Source: Octopus vulgaris
Lineage: Eukaryota
Length of the DNA stretch: 64,000 nt
Direction: 5' to 3'
Assembly (NCBI GenBank): GCA_951406725.2
Contig: OX597836.1
Coordinates: 32,736,001 to 32,800,000, forward strand
In this document: piece after piece, positions 1-13,306 of the stretch
Layout: each line of letters opens with the position of its first letter
How positions within the stretch are numbered: the first letter of the stretch is position 1
Position numbers and translations under genes: made by a program
Notes under the pieces: generated by a model
The model's input: the letters and a program-made list of their open reading frames with translations, nothing else
The model's database searches: none
What the model was told of the DNA's origin: nothing

Positions 1-78
1 CCATTCTGGTCTCTTATTTTTCTGTTCTCACTCCGATTCCATTTTATTTTCATCCTCAGGTCTTTTCTTCTTCTCTTT

Positions 79-111
<33 letters not shown>

Positions 112-332
112 TTTTTCTCTCTTTCTTTATTTATTCATTTATTTATTTAGGCATGGTTGTGTGGTTAAGAAGCTTGCTTCCAAATCAGGTGGTCTTGGGT
201 TCAGTCCCACAGCATGACACCTTGGCTAAATGTCAACTATAGTCCTGGGGCCAACCAAAGCCTTCTGTGTGAATTTGGCAAAAGGAAACAGGAAGAAGCC
301 ATTGTGCATACATATATCTATGTATGTATACT

Positions 333-402
<70 letters not shown>

Positions 403-488
403 AGTATGTATGCACACACACATATATATATGTATGTACACACATATATATATATGTATGTATGTACATGCATACATATATCTGTATG

Positions 489-540
<52 letters not shown>

Positions 541-596
541 TATATAGGTAGTAAGATAGATAGGTAGGTAGATACATACATACATACATACATACA

Positions 597-629
<33 letters not shown>

Positions 630-636
630 TTATATA

Positions 637-984
637 CAAATTAAAATCCAGAAAATGGAGATGTAGCCTTACTATGATTTATTAACTGCAAAACTTCAGC
701 ATGTTCACTTACAGTTGTTTCGATTTTGCCCAAAAGAATTAAATTCCAGTAATTAAAAAAAAGACACATCATTAGGTTAATACATGTTTTGGATGAATAA
801 CATGTAATAACCTAACAATATGTCGTTTTTACTCCTCTGATGAGATTTTGCCCAATAAAATGTTTTAATTACTGGAATTTAATTCTTTTGGGCAAAATCG
901 AAACAGCTGTGAGTGAACATGTTGAAGTTTTGCAGTTAATAAATCATAGTAAGGCTACTTCTCCATTTTCTGGATTTTAATTTG
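637..984. repeat. Long inverted repeat (arms ~637-758 and 863-984) overlapping a decayed hammerhead at 837-915
   Basis: Arms are near-perfect reverse complements. CTGATGA 837-843, 12-bp stem II gattttgcccaa/ttgggcaaaatc, GAAA-CAGCTG-TG (GUG triplet, non-cleavable). The inverted arm has GUA but no CUGAUGA. Confidence 0.85.
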
Positions 985-1139
985 AAAATTTATAAACCAA
1001 GACTTGTATTTAAACCCATTATTTTAGGAATATTACTATTCACAACAAAATAATAGGTAACAAACCAGTAATTCACTGGATATTTTCTATCCCTTAAAGT
1101 GATTTATTTAACCTCTCTCTCTCTCTCTCTCTCTGACCT

Positions 1140-1330
1140 CGTGTGTACCGTTGGCGATCTTTTTCCGTCAGTCTTCCCTTCTCTGGATTTTTCCTTCTCC
1201 TATGTTTCCGACGAAGAGCTCCGCTCGAAACGTTAAACCCTCCTTCTTTCCTAAGCATCCAATAATACTATATTTGTTCCACGTCCTCGCGTTGTTGTGT
1301 TTTTTTGTGCTTTCTTGTTTGAATTAACTT
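1140..1330 (+). mobile_element. Penelope-like terminal-repeat fragment with mutated hammerhead (1204-1238)
   Basis: Same ~190-nt repeat as 44250-44435 (+) and 41730-41918 (-). Core reads CCGACGA (U4 to C). Abuts (TA)n. Confidence 0.6.
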
Positions 1331-1381
<51 letters not shown>

Positions 1382-1391
1382 ATACACACAC

Positions 1392-1422
<31 letters not shown>

Positions 1423-1427
1423 AACAT

Positions 1428-1485
<58 letters not shown>

Positions 1486-1504
1486 GCATACATATATATG
1501 TATA

Positions 1505-1547
<43 letters not shown>

Positions 1548-1826
1548 GGGACTAGCAGACCAGCCTAATTGACCAGTTATTTTGTTGTTTTTACATTCAT
1601 CACCACCCCACCTTTTAACTACGCCATTATTGACCCACTTTTCTTCAGCCCTGCCAGATCTTTCTACCCACTTTGGAAACTGCTGCTCTAAATGATCATT
1701 TGGTGTACTAGAAATAGAAACCAAATCTACTCTTATCTTCTTCTTCTTCAAAAAAAAAAAGAGAAGTGTAATTCGATAATGTATTCCTAGATACCACATG
1801 TACATTATGTCATTGTCCATTGTTGA

Positions 1827-2033
<207 letters not shown>

Positions 2034-2350
2034 TAAGTAATTATATTTTCTTAACAGTTATTATATTTTATCAATGATAATTACATTTTCTTTGTTTCTT
2101 TTACCCTAAAAAAAATGTGTCTTTGCAATCACATAGTTCCAGATTTCAATTCCAGCCTGCATCCTTTGTCTTTAATCTTCATAGGTGTAGGATATGGATG
2201 TGTTGTAAGAAGTTTGCTGCCCGACCACATGGTTCTGGGTTCAGTCCCACCGTGGGGCACCTTGGACAAGTGTCTTCTACTATGCTATAGTCTCAGAACA
2301 ATCAATGCTTAGTGAGTGGATTTGATAGACTGAAACTGACACAAGTCTAT

Positions 2351-2413
<63 letters not shown>

Positions 2414-2559
2414 GTGTGTCTGTGTGTGTGTGTGTGTCTGTGTGTGTAAGACTTTCTCACTTTCCTGAGCATCAAACTAATACACCTGCTTGTTGTTTAT
2501 ACACCTGTCTCCGTCTTTTGTTTTTCTGTAAATTTCATATATATGTAAGTATGTATATA

Positions 2560-2591
<32 letters not shown>

Positions 2592-3923
2592 CAACAGACT
2601 TGTTTCAGTTTCAGTCTACCAAATACAAAGATGCACACACACGTGTGCATATATGCATACACACACACACACTCACACACACACACACTATATATATTAT
2701 ATACATACATATATATATACACACATATATGCAAAGTTTAGGTTAGTTAAAATATGTTTGTGACATATCTTGATTACTAAAAGGTAAATTCACTGCAGTT
2801 ACTATTGAGAAAAATTCTCTCTTATGAAATAAAGGTGAAAAACGCCATGTCTGTCCAATGTTGCCCCCTGTCAAGATTCCCAGACATCAATGTTTTGTAG
2901 CTCTTTAACCGTATTCAATGGGAAATACCTAAGAGAGGCAACTCTGGACAGATCTAATGAAGGCTGTAGCTTTAACTAAAATACAGGCGATAACATTGAC
3001 TGATTTGAACCAGAAGGCCGCCAAGGTCGTAGAAATTACCATAATAGTAAAAACCCTAAAGAATTCAATAGAATAGCTTTGTTCTTAAGGTGATGTTGGA
3101 AGCATAAATTAACAGGAAATTTTGATGAAAGGCTTAAAGTTAGATCACTTTAACTCTTTTGTTACCATATTTCTATTAAAATACTTGGCTTTAGTTTCAA
3201 TTAATTTTGAAAACGCTAAAAAATTCAGCAAAATAACTTTGTTGTTCATAAGGTGGTTTTTGGAGCTTAAATTAACAGGAAATTTTCATGGATGGTTCTA
3301 ATTTAGATGACTTTAAAACAGAGAAGTTGTATCAATAGAACCAAAACCATTTTCTAGTTGGTTGCTGTCAAAGAGTTAACATATTTTAAAACCTTGTCAA
3401 AGATTCTGCAAGAGGTTTTTCTTTCATTCTGAGAGCCAACCATTTTACTTTTGGATCATTTCTGATAAATCCATACACTTAAAAGGATGTAATTTGAACC
3501 ATTCCTTGTTTTATTTGGTGTTGTTTTATTTTGCTTTTATATTTTCCTCTATTCAAAAATTTTTCTTGTGGTGGTGGTGGTGGTGGCGGCGGTGGCGGTG
3601 GTGGTGGTGGTGGTGGTGGTGGAGCTTTCCATTGATTGTGTTGAGCTTTGAGCTTATGAATAAATTCTTTGGACAAGAGAAGGAATAACCTGAAGAGCAC
3701 AGTGCAAGGGGAGAGAGAAAGTGGGGGAGATAAAATAAAGTGGAGTGGAGAGAGAATAAAAAGAGAATGAAAGAAGAAGCAGAAACGGAATGTAAAAGAG
3801 AGAGGAAAGATAGATAGATGTATGTATGTATGTATGTATGTATGTGAGTGTATGCATACACACATACACACACACACACAGATATATATATGCACATATA
3901 TATAAAAAAAAATTATATACATA

Positions 3924-4335
3924 GGCGTAGGAGTGGCTGTGTGGTAAGTAGCTTGCTAACCAGCCACATGGTTCCGGGTTCAGTCCCACTGCGTGACATC
4001 TTGGGAAAGTGTCTTCTGCTATAGCCCCGGGCCGACCAATGCCTTGTGAGTGGATTTGGTAGACGGAAACTGAAAGAAGCCTGTCGTATATATGTATATA
4101 TATATATATATGTGTGTATGTTTGTGTGTCTGTGTTTGTCCCCCTAGCATTGCTTGACAACCGATGCTGGTGTGTTTACATCCCCGTCACTTAGCGGCTC
4201 GGCAGAAAGAGACCGATAGAATAAGTACTGGGCTTACAAAGAATAAGTCCGGGGTCGATTTGCTCGACTAAAGGCGGTGCTCCAGCATGGCCGCAGTCAA
4301 ATGACTGAAACAAGTAAAAGAGCAAAAGAGTAAAA
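3924..4335 (+). mobile_element. Full-length tRNA-derived SINE with CORE-like domain and internal (TA)n/(TG)n
   Basis: A-box-like TGGCTGTGTGG, B-box-like GGTTCAGTCCC, CORE-like cttgggaaagtgtctt, AAAAGAG tail. Dozens of related copies lie in the window (e.g. 150-305, 14765-15215, 18110-18585 (-), 29575-29975, 35380-36086 (-), 42930-43290, 44510-44895 (-)). Confidence 0.85.
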
Positions 4336-4337
4336 AG

Positions 4338-4386
<49 letters not shown>

Positions 4387-4499
4387 TATCAGTAAATCAT
4401 ATATCCAAAAGAGAAGCACACTCTAAGTTAAAGAGCAGTAGAGTATTTAGATAAAGATAGTTATGGCTGGTTTGTAAGGTTACTCAGGGTTTTGCATCT

Positions 4500-4815
4500 A
4501 TAAAGCTCTTAGCTTTAAGTCTCGTGAGACCCTAATCTCTTCATTATAGTAAGGGGCTGCTTCACTGAAAACTTCTTGGCTAGAGAACAGGTTCAAGATC
4601 CTCTTGTTGACATCCTTCACCAGGTTTTTGGGACACGATGGGTCGTTGGCAAAAGGCTGTGTTGATATATGCCAGCCTCTCATTTGGCTTGCGGTAGAGC
4701 CTGTATATACCAGACCCCAAGTTGAGTGTGACATTTAAGAAGTCCGTGGTGGTGAGTTTGGTCTCAATTGTAATTTTCAGTCTCATGGAGCTAAAAGCTA
4801 AGCATTTTGTGGACA
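4500..4815 (-). mobile_element. Penelope-like element reverse transcriptase C-terminal fragment (frameshifted)
   Basis: Two frames read LKITIETKLTTTDFLNVTLNLGSGIYRLYRKPNERLAYINT and KNLVKDVNKRILNLFSSQEVFSEAAPYYNE, matching the PLE RT pattern FLDV.L......YRKP...YI. Flanked by inverted copies of a ~50-nt sequence (4440-4492 and 4820-4868). Confidence 0.8.
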
Positions 4816-4920
4816 TGAAGCCCTGAGTAACGCCATAGACTGGTCATAACTATTTTTATCTAAATATCTTGCCATGTATATATATATATCTATATCTATC
4901 TATCTATCTAACTATCTATC

Positions 4921-4956
<36 letters not shown>

Positions 4957-5065
4957 CAAGGGAGACAGAGAAAGGCAGAATGCCACTTATATTTGAACAC
5001 TATACAAATATTCCTTTAAAAAAACTTTTCTTCTAATTTTTGTAAATTTAATTATTTAATCGTTA

Positions 5066-5103
5066 CAGTTGAAAAGGTCTCAAAATGACTGAAACCGGTA
5101 CTG
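5066..5103 (+). pseudogene. Decayed minimal hammerhead
   Basis: cag-TTGAAAA-GGTC tcaaaat GACT-GAAA-CCGG-TA-ctg. Stems I and II and the ACCGGT palindrome are present; the CUGANGA box has two substitutions. Confidence 0.5.
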
Positions 5104-5192
5104 AAATGTTCTTTATAAAATTATTTTAGCATTTTCTATTTTGACTTGTTTTTTCATATATATATATGTATATATATATACACATATATATT

Positions 5193-5235
<43 letters not shown>

Positions 5236-5262
5236 GTATGTATGTATGCATGTATGTATGTA

Positions 5263-5322
<60 letters not shown>

Positions 5323-5423
5323 TTATAAATGAGGGTGAAAAATCGATATTAATTTAATAATACCGTCAATTTAACACCAAGTGGCTTAGCACAAAAAACT
5401 ACGGAGAAAATACAAATTTATAC

Positions 5424-5575
5424 ATAAATTATTAGAGAGTTATCCACTATGTGGATAATCTAGTGTAAATACTCAGCAACCACAGAAAACCGTTTCCAAC
5501 TAGAATCACGGTTTTTCTGTGGTTCTGACTATTTTAGCACTAGAGTTCCACATAGTGGATAACTCTCTAATAATT

Positions 5576-5580
<5 letters not shown>
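5424..5580. repeat. Foldback / inverted repeat (~70-bp arms)
   Basis: ataaattattagagagttatccactatgtgga...aaccacagaaaaccg pairs with cggtttttctgtggtt...tccacatagtggataactctctaataatttat. Confidence 0.85.
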
Positions 5581-5611
<31 letters not shown>

Positions 5612-6419
5612 GTCCACTCTGCTGGGGGATTGGTGTTAGAAGGGCATCCTGCTATAAAAATCCTACCAAAACAGACACAGAGGTCTGGTGTAGGCTTCTG
5701 CCTGGCCAGCTCTTGTCAAACTGTTGCACTCATGCCAGTATGGAAGGCAGATGTTAACCAATGATGATGATGCACACACACACACACATACACATACATG
5801 TCTGGGATAACTCATTTAATGGTCAGGATGAAGCACTTTAGATTTGGTGAGCAATGTGTCTTTGTATGAAACCTCTAAAAATTTAATACTGGTATTTAAT
5901 GTTTTCTGGTTACGGGTCCACTATGATCTGTAACAAAGAAAAAACACTTACCCTACGTATCCCTATCCCATGCCACAAATCAGGGTTCATAGCACAAGAT
6001 TTTATATCATGGCATCTGACAGAGAATAAACATGCTCTCAGTCACAGGAAAAATCCATTCTCTTTATAAATGATGTTCAGTGTTTCGAGTAAATGTGTCA
6101 TTACAAAGAGGTTGCCTGAACTACCAAACTCAAGGTATGTGATGGTGTCCGAGACTCTGGCACAAAATTGATAATGGGCACTACTTCTGATCCCTGTACT
6201 CATATAGAGCTTATTTATGTGAGTGTACATATTAATACGGAGTTAATATATGGTGCATTCAAACAGAAATACTCTATTGTATTCCTGTCAACCAAACAAT
6301 ATTTCCTTTCACAAAAATGTTCACTTAGTTTTACATAAGGTCCACCTCTCACCCCCGTCAGTCATGAATGATCATGGGAGGGCACCTAGAAAGTTCCCCT
6401 CCACTGTCTGAAGCTTCCA

Positions 6420-6738
6420 TGAAATCCCAAGAGCAAGTGCCCTCTCCAATTCCTTCTCTCCGATTCACAGGTCTACACTTAGAGAGGTACCATCCATTCT
6501 TGCCATTTTTGCAACTCTCACTCACCTTTCAATAAACTCACTCGAGGACAGCACTTCCTTCTCCACCCTCAGTTTCCTTTTCAAGTGAAACTTGAAAAAG
6601 TCGATGAGAGCCCTACCAAAGAGGAATGTATCTGTCCTCATGCCTTTCAGCCTTGTCCACCAAACAGCCACTTTCATCACAGCCACCAGGCAAAGGAAAA
6701 CTGCTTTGCCTGCCTGACTGAAGGAGGGTGGGAGGGCA

Positions 6739-6740
<2 letters not shown>
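6420..6740 (-). mobile_element. Tx1/L1-like LINE ORF2 C-terminal fragment
   Basis: AVFLCLVAVMKVAVWWTRLKGMRTDTFLFGRALIDFFKFHLKRKLRVE; homologous to 55230-55590, which carries the zinc-knuckle remnant. Confidence 0.6.
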
Positions 6741-6818
<78 letters not shown>

Positions 6819-8491
6819 CAACAATAATAATGTAAAAAAGAATTCTTTATAAATTCTTTGGTTTCAATATAGTTTTTGCTTCACATTTCTTCTTAATTTG
6901 CATTATTTTTTTTTCTACTATATTCTTCAAATTTCTTCATCTCTGTGTCACTCATTCATACACAGTTCTTTCTTCTTCATATCTTCCTGTTTTTCTCTTT
7001 TTCCTTTCTACCATTATGATATTTATCTATTTTATTATTATTATTATTATTATTATTATACCTTTAGAAACCAAAGCAAGAAGCAATGCATTGCATGACT
7101 TTTTAAGTTTTATAGACAACATAAACCATTTGAAAAAATATTCTCTATGAATTGATGTCTGTAAGGAATGCGTTTTCATTCTGTTATATATGGCTTGAAA
7201 TGTAATTTGACTACCTGCATCTTTTCCTCTCTATATGGATGCGTGTGTGTCTGTATTTGTGTGTGTGTATGTCTGTTTGTGTATGTTTGTCTGTGTGTAT
7301 GTTTGTGTGTGTGTATGTTTGTGTGTGTTTGTGGTGTGTTTATGTATGTATCTTTGTGTATGTTTGTGTGTTTGTGTATGTGTGTGTATGTTTGTGTATT
7401 TGTGTGTTTGTGTGTGTGTGTTTGTGTGTGTTTGTGCATGTGTATGTGTGCATGTGTGTATGTCTGTGTGTTTGTGTGTTTGTGTGTTTGTGTGTGTGTG
7501 TGTGTATGTTTGTGCATGTGTGTGTGTGCATGTGTATATGTATGTGTGTTTGTGTATGTTTGTGCGTTTGTATATGTTTCTGTGTGTTTGTGCATGTGTG
7601 TGTGTGTTTATGTATGTTTGTGTGTTTGTGTGGATGCGTGCATGTTAGTGAACTTCTGTACGTGTGTTTGTGTGTGTTTTTTTGGGTTTTTTTTTATATG
7701 AATTTGTGTGCATGTGTGTGTTAGTGAACTGCTATATGCATGTATTTGAGAATTTACATATGGCTGTGTATGTGTGTGTGTTTGTGAATTTACATGTGTG
7801 TGTATGTTTGTGAATTTATATGTATATGCATATCTTTGTTAATAAACTGCTAGGTGTGTGTGTGTGTGTTAGTGAAATTCTATATGTCTATGTTTGTGAA
7901 TTTCTATGTGAGGAGGGTGATGCTGATGTGTGTGTGTGTATGTGCATGTTGAGTAATTTCTACCCATGTGCATTTGTGTGTATGAGTTTCTGTGCATGTG
8001 TGTGTGTGTTAGTAAACCTTTGTATGTGTATGTTTTTGATTTAAGTGTGTGTGTGGGTGTGCATGCATGTGTGTGATTATCTTTCTATTTGTGTTTGTCC
8101 TACACCTCACCACTGCTGGTTTGTTTACATCCACATAATTTAAGCCATTTGGCAAGAATTGGACAACAGAATAAGTATCAGGCTTTAGAAAGAAGCAGAA
8201 AATCTGAGTCCTGGAGTTGATTTGTCTGACTAAAACCTTTCGTGGTCATGCCCCAGCATGGCCACAGTCAATGACAAACACATAAAAGTAAAAATAAAAG
8301 AAGATTCCTTATGAGTGTATTTGATAGAAAGAAACTGAAAGAAGCCCATCATATGTGTGTGTGTGTATGTGTGTTTGTCCCCTCATCACCGTTTGACAAC
8401 TGGTGTTGGTGTGTTTGTGTCTCTGCAACTTAGCGGTTCAGCAAAAGTGACCAACAGAATAAGTTCTACTTCTTAGAAAAAAATTACTGAG

Positions 8492-9104
8492 AGTGATAAA
8501 AATCAAACGTCCAGTCAACAACATGGTGTTTCAAGTGATAACTAGTGATGGTGATGTTATGCCTCCATTCATCTTCCCACATGGCCCCAGACTCAACACA
8601 GAAGCCTACATCAAGTGCCTGGAGGACATAGTGCTGCCCTGGGTGAAGAGGGTGGCTGCTGGAAGACCTTATGTCTGGTAACAGCACTGTACACCATGCC
8701 ACACAAGCAGGAAGATCTAGTCAAGGCTGTCAGACAATTTCTGCAACCACATCACCCCTAACATTTGGCCACCTAACTCCCCAGACTGCAACTCCCTTGA
8801 TTATTATGTGTGGGATGCAGTTGAGCGAGAAACCAACAAAACTCCTTGTAACACAAAGATGAACCAAAGGCAAGGATTATGGCAGTATTCACAAGGAGTC
8901 CATCCAGAAGAGATGCAGGAGATTCCAAAGTTGTCTGGAACCCGTGGTTAAAGACATTGGGGATTTTTTATTAAATAAATTTACTCTTTAGTATTTCAAG
9001 ATATTTCTATGTAATTTTGGTAAATATATCTGTTAAAATGAGACGTCAGTATTATTTTCATTTTTGCATAATTTAAATGACAGTTTATTCACTCCACCCT
9101 TTAT
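8492..9104 (+). mobile_element. maT (DD37D) Tc1/mariner transposase relic with 3' end
   Basis: [53 protein letters not shown]...[16 protein letters not shown]. There are 37 residues between the second and third catalytic positions; in-frame stops present. Confidence 0.85.
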
Positions 9105-9181
9105 ATATATATATATATATACACACAGTGAGCAATGACTTGTTGATAAGTCAACAAGTCATTGCTCAACTGTTTACCTGA

Positions 9182-9282
9182 TTGCCTGATGAGTTGGGAG
9201 TTATGTAACATTTTATGCAATTTAGATCATTCTATTTATGCTTATGTCAGAATAATAACTCCTAATGAAACAATTGTAGCAA
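9182..9282 (+). ncRNA. Minimal type-I hammerhead ribozyme motif, intact core, large loop II
   Basis: Stem I ttgc/gcaa; CTGATGA 9186-9192; 12-bp stem II gttgggagttat/ataactcctaat (two G-U); GAAA 9267-9270; palindromic helix III ACAATTGT; GUA triplet, predicted cut after 9278. Confidence 0.75.
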
Positions 9283-10123
9283 ATACCAAATAACATATTC
9301 ACTTGTTTTTATTACACATGCACGTGCATGCACACACACACACACACACATACACACACTTATATCATTTAATGTATACAGTATAAAGGTGTGAGCTACC
9401 AATTGTTTCTTACCATGAAGACACACAGCTAGGCAGGTTTTTATAACATGCCTCATGTCTCCAAGGGGTTTCTTTCAGTTTCCATCTACAAAATTTACTC
9501 ACAAGGACATTGATCAACACAAGGCTATAGCAGAAGACACTCGCCCAAGATTCAACACACTGTGGGATTGAACCCAGAGCCATGTCTCTGGGAAACAAAT
9601 ATCTTACCACACAGCCACACCTGCACCTTTCACCTTATATATTCTACACTATCCATAACTACATGCCAGTACATTGTTACATTATCGAATACCTTCTCAG
9701 AAAGCTTGATTCAGTGTGCTGTATACCATATCTATGTAGAAATGAGTGACTGTAACTCTAGGTTTAACATAAATCCACTCATTATATTGAAGTGTGTATC
9801 TTGGGTCTTATATTTCTTAACTTCTCACCTTTCCTCAGACTTGCTTGTGTTGTTGTTGTTGTTACTGTTGTTGTTTCGTTTTTATTTTAGTTTTTTTGCT
9901 GGGGTTTTTTTTTCCTATTTTATTGTAATTTGTTTCCTTTTGAGATTCTTTGATTTTTACGAATTTCTTGAAAGTCGAGATCGTAAACTTAGATGAAGCT
10001 TTATTTAATGAAATTGATAAAACATTCGTAAATCTCTAAGATGCTACTTAATATATCATTTCTGTTGACAAATAGCTGTACAATCAATATGTACTGTGTG
10101 TGTGTGTGTATATGTATATGTGT

Positions 10124-10177
<54 letters not shown>

Positions 10178-10185
10178 TTATATAC

Positions 10186-10230
<45 letters not shown>

Positions 10231-10399
10231 CACATACACATTTACAGATACAGGTATAAGCATATAGGTGTGTGTGTATGTATGTGTGCATGTACGAGTG
10301 TGTGTGTGTATATATATATATACACATAATGCATGTACGCATAATATACATACAAATACACACACATTTATATAGATATACAGACATATACATACATTT

Positions 10400-10447
<48 letters not shown>

Positions 10448-11520
10448 GTGTACATGTGTGAGTAATGTGTATTTCAAGTGTCTTTACATGTGCATAATGC
10501 TACACATTTTACATAATACCACACAAATATGCACTCACACACACACACACACACACACACATAAGCACATTTTCTATTCTACCAATCACAAAGTGTTCTT
10601 TTAAACAACCAATCAGAAGCAAAGTCAAAAATAAAACAAAACAACAAAAACTGAACGCATACAAAGAAAAAACAAAAAAACAAAAAGACAAAAAGACACA
10701 GCTTATCCAAAGCCGTGCACCAATCACAATGAACATTTCAAGAGAAGACAGCTTAACAATGAGGTCACATAACCTCAAACATCGCTAATGCAGGAACTGC
10801 GTATATAAACTTTCACTAACAGCTAGACAAGACATCAGAAGAACTTATATTAAGAGGCATTGAACATTAAAATATATAAATATAGAATACCATGTATAAA
10901 TAGAGTAGAATTATATTTCTAATGAACTAATGCTTGTCTGAACACATACTAACACGTATATATGCATGTATGGCAACATGTATAGCAACGTGTATACATG
11001 TGTGGCTGTAACACCTTGTGGTTACAACAACATGTAAGGCTGTCAATGAATGACTCTGTGAATGAATGAGTGGTTGAATGGTGATATCCTGAGGCCCTCA
11101 ACCATGTGGTAGTGAGTTCAGCTGCTGGTCTTCCATAGACAACCTTGCCTGGATTTGGGCCTTGAAGAGGAACTTTCTAGGTGTAATTTTATGGTCATTC
11201 ATGACCGAAGGGGGGGGTCTTTACCATATCATCATCACCATCATCGTTTAACATCTGTTTTCCATGTGGGCATGGGTTGGACAGTTTGACTAAGGACTGG
11301 CAAGCCAGGAGGCTGCACCAGGCTCCAATCTAATCTGGCAAGGCTTCTACAGCTGGATGCCCTTCCTAATGCCAACCATTCCGAAAGTGTAGTGGGTGCA
11401 TTTTACATGCCTCCGGCATATCCGGCATTGATTTGGATAGTGCTTTTTACATGCCACTGACATGGGAGCCAGTCAGGGAGCACTGACACCAACCACGTTT
11501 GGATGGTGCTTTTTATATGC

Positions 11521-11853
11521 GTGGCTCAGTGGTTAGGGTATTGGGCTCACAATTGTGCGATAATGAGTTCGATTCCCAGACCAGGCTATGCATTGTGTTC
11601 TTGAGCAAGAATATTTATTTCATGTTGCTGTAGTTCGCCTAGCTGTAGAAATGAGTTGTGATGTCACTGGTGCCAAGATGTATTGACCTTTGCATTTTCC
11701 TTGGATAACATTAGTGGCATGGAGAGGAGAGGCTGGTATGCATGGGCAACTACTGGTCTTCCATAAACAATCTTGCCCAGACTTGTGCCTCAGAGGAAAA
11801 CTTTCTAAGTGCAATCCCATGGTCATTCATAACTGAAGGAGGTCTTTACCCTT
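11521..11853 (+). mobile_element. Third tRNA-derived SINE family
   Basis: tggctcagtggttagg A-box, gagttcgattcc B-box, gtgttcttgagcaag. Related reverse copies at 35655-35900, 30280-30410 and 45770-46050. Confidence 0.7.
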
Positions 11854-12639
11854 TAAGCACAGAATTATGTTGGAGTAAGGTTTGAATGTTGGTGTTTGTG
11901 CATGTGTATGTGTGTGTGCATGTGCGTGTGTGTTTAAATTGATTAATGATCAGTTTAATCATGTTAAACTGATCAGATAAATTTAAATTAAAATCTAATT
12001 AGCTTTATAGCTAAAAAAAAAAACCACTGTGTTCCCCAGTAGAGACAGTGGATTTTGTAGACAGAGACTGAAAGAAACCTGTCGCATATATATATATGTA
12101 TATATCTATGTGTGTGTTTTTGTGCCTCTTTTTTTCCCCTACCACCACTTGACAACCAGTGTCGGTGTGTTTAAGGCCCATAACTAAGCAGCTCAGCAAA
12201 AGAGACTGATAGAATAAGCACTTGGCTTAAAACAAGAAGTCCTGGGGTCAATTTGTTTAACTAAAACCCTTCAAGGTGGTGTCGCAGCATAACTGCAGTA
12301 AAATGACTGAAACAAGTAAAAGATAAAAGATATAGATATACATATGCGATGGGTTTTAGTAAGCAGTGATTATTTTTTACAATTCTGTAAATAATTCCTT
12401 TTACCACAGGCACAAGGCCTGAAATTTGGTGGAGTGGGGGGAGGAGTAAGCTAGTCGATTAGATCAACCCCAGTACATGACTAGTACTTGATTTATCGAC
12501 CCTGAAAGGATGAAAGGCAAAGTCAACCTCAGCGGAATTTGAACTCAGAACATAATGATGGGCAAAATACCACTAAGCATTTCGCCTGGTGTGCTGACAA
12601 TTCTGCCAGCTCGCCACCTTAAATTCTGTAAATAATAAT

Positions 12640-12810
12640 AATAATGATATTTTATAAGCTTAAAGCTTGTAAGTGATCACGATTCAATAACTAAAGAAAA
12701 TAGTTTAATAATGGAGCAAATAGTCTAATATGCCCCAATATTAGACTATTTTCTTTAGTCATTGCATGGTGATCACTTATAAGCTTTAAGCTTATAAAAT
12801 ATTATTACTA
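12640..12810. repeat. Foldback / inverted repeat
   Basis: tttataagcttaaagcttgtaagtgatcac...ctaaagaaaatagt pairs with actattttctttag...gtgatcacttataagctttaagcttataaa. Confidence 0.8.
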
Positions 12811-13270
12811 ATATATATATATGTATCATCATCATCATCGTCGTCATCGTCATCGTTTAACGTTGGCTCTCCATGCTGCCATGGGTTGGACAATTTAACT
12901 GAGGACTGGCAAGCCAGAAGTCTGCACCAGACTCCAATCTGATCTGGTAAAGTTTCTACAGCTGGATGCCCTTCCTAACGCCAACTACTCCATGTGTGTA
13001 GTGGGTGTTTTTACATGCCACTGGCAAAGGGACCAGTCAGGCAGTACTGGCAACGACCATGTTCTAAAGGTGTTTTTATATGCCACCTGCACAGGAGCCA
13101 GTCCGGTGGCACTGGCAACGACCATGCTCAAATGTTGTTTATTCACATGCCACCAGCACATGTGCCAGTAAGGCGACACTGGCAATGATCATGCTTGAAT
13201 GGTGCTTTTTACATGCCATGGGCATGGGAGCCAGTCAGCGGCCTTGGCAACAATCACGCTCAGATGGTGC

Positions 13271-13306
<36 letters not shown>

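Noticed and set aside
214-639. YIYI/VCVC/HTHT ORFs here and throughout the ORF track
   Set aside because: Translations of (TA)n, (TG)n and (CA)n microsatellites; open in several frames only because they lack stop codons.
3924-3995. tRNA gene
   Set aside because: The A/B boxes belong to SINE heads; no complete cloverleaf or T-run terminator.
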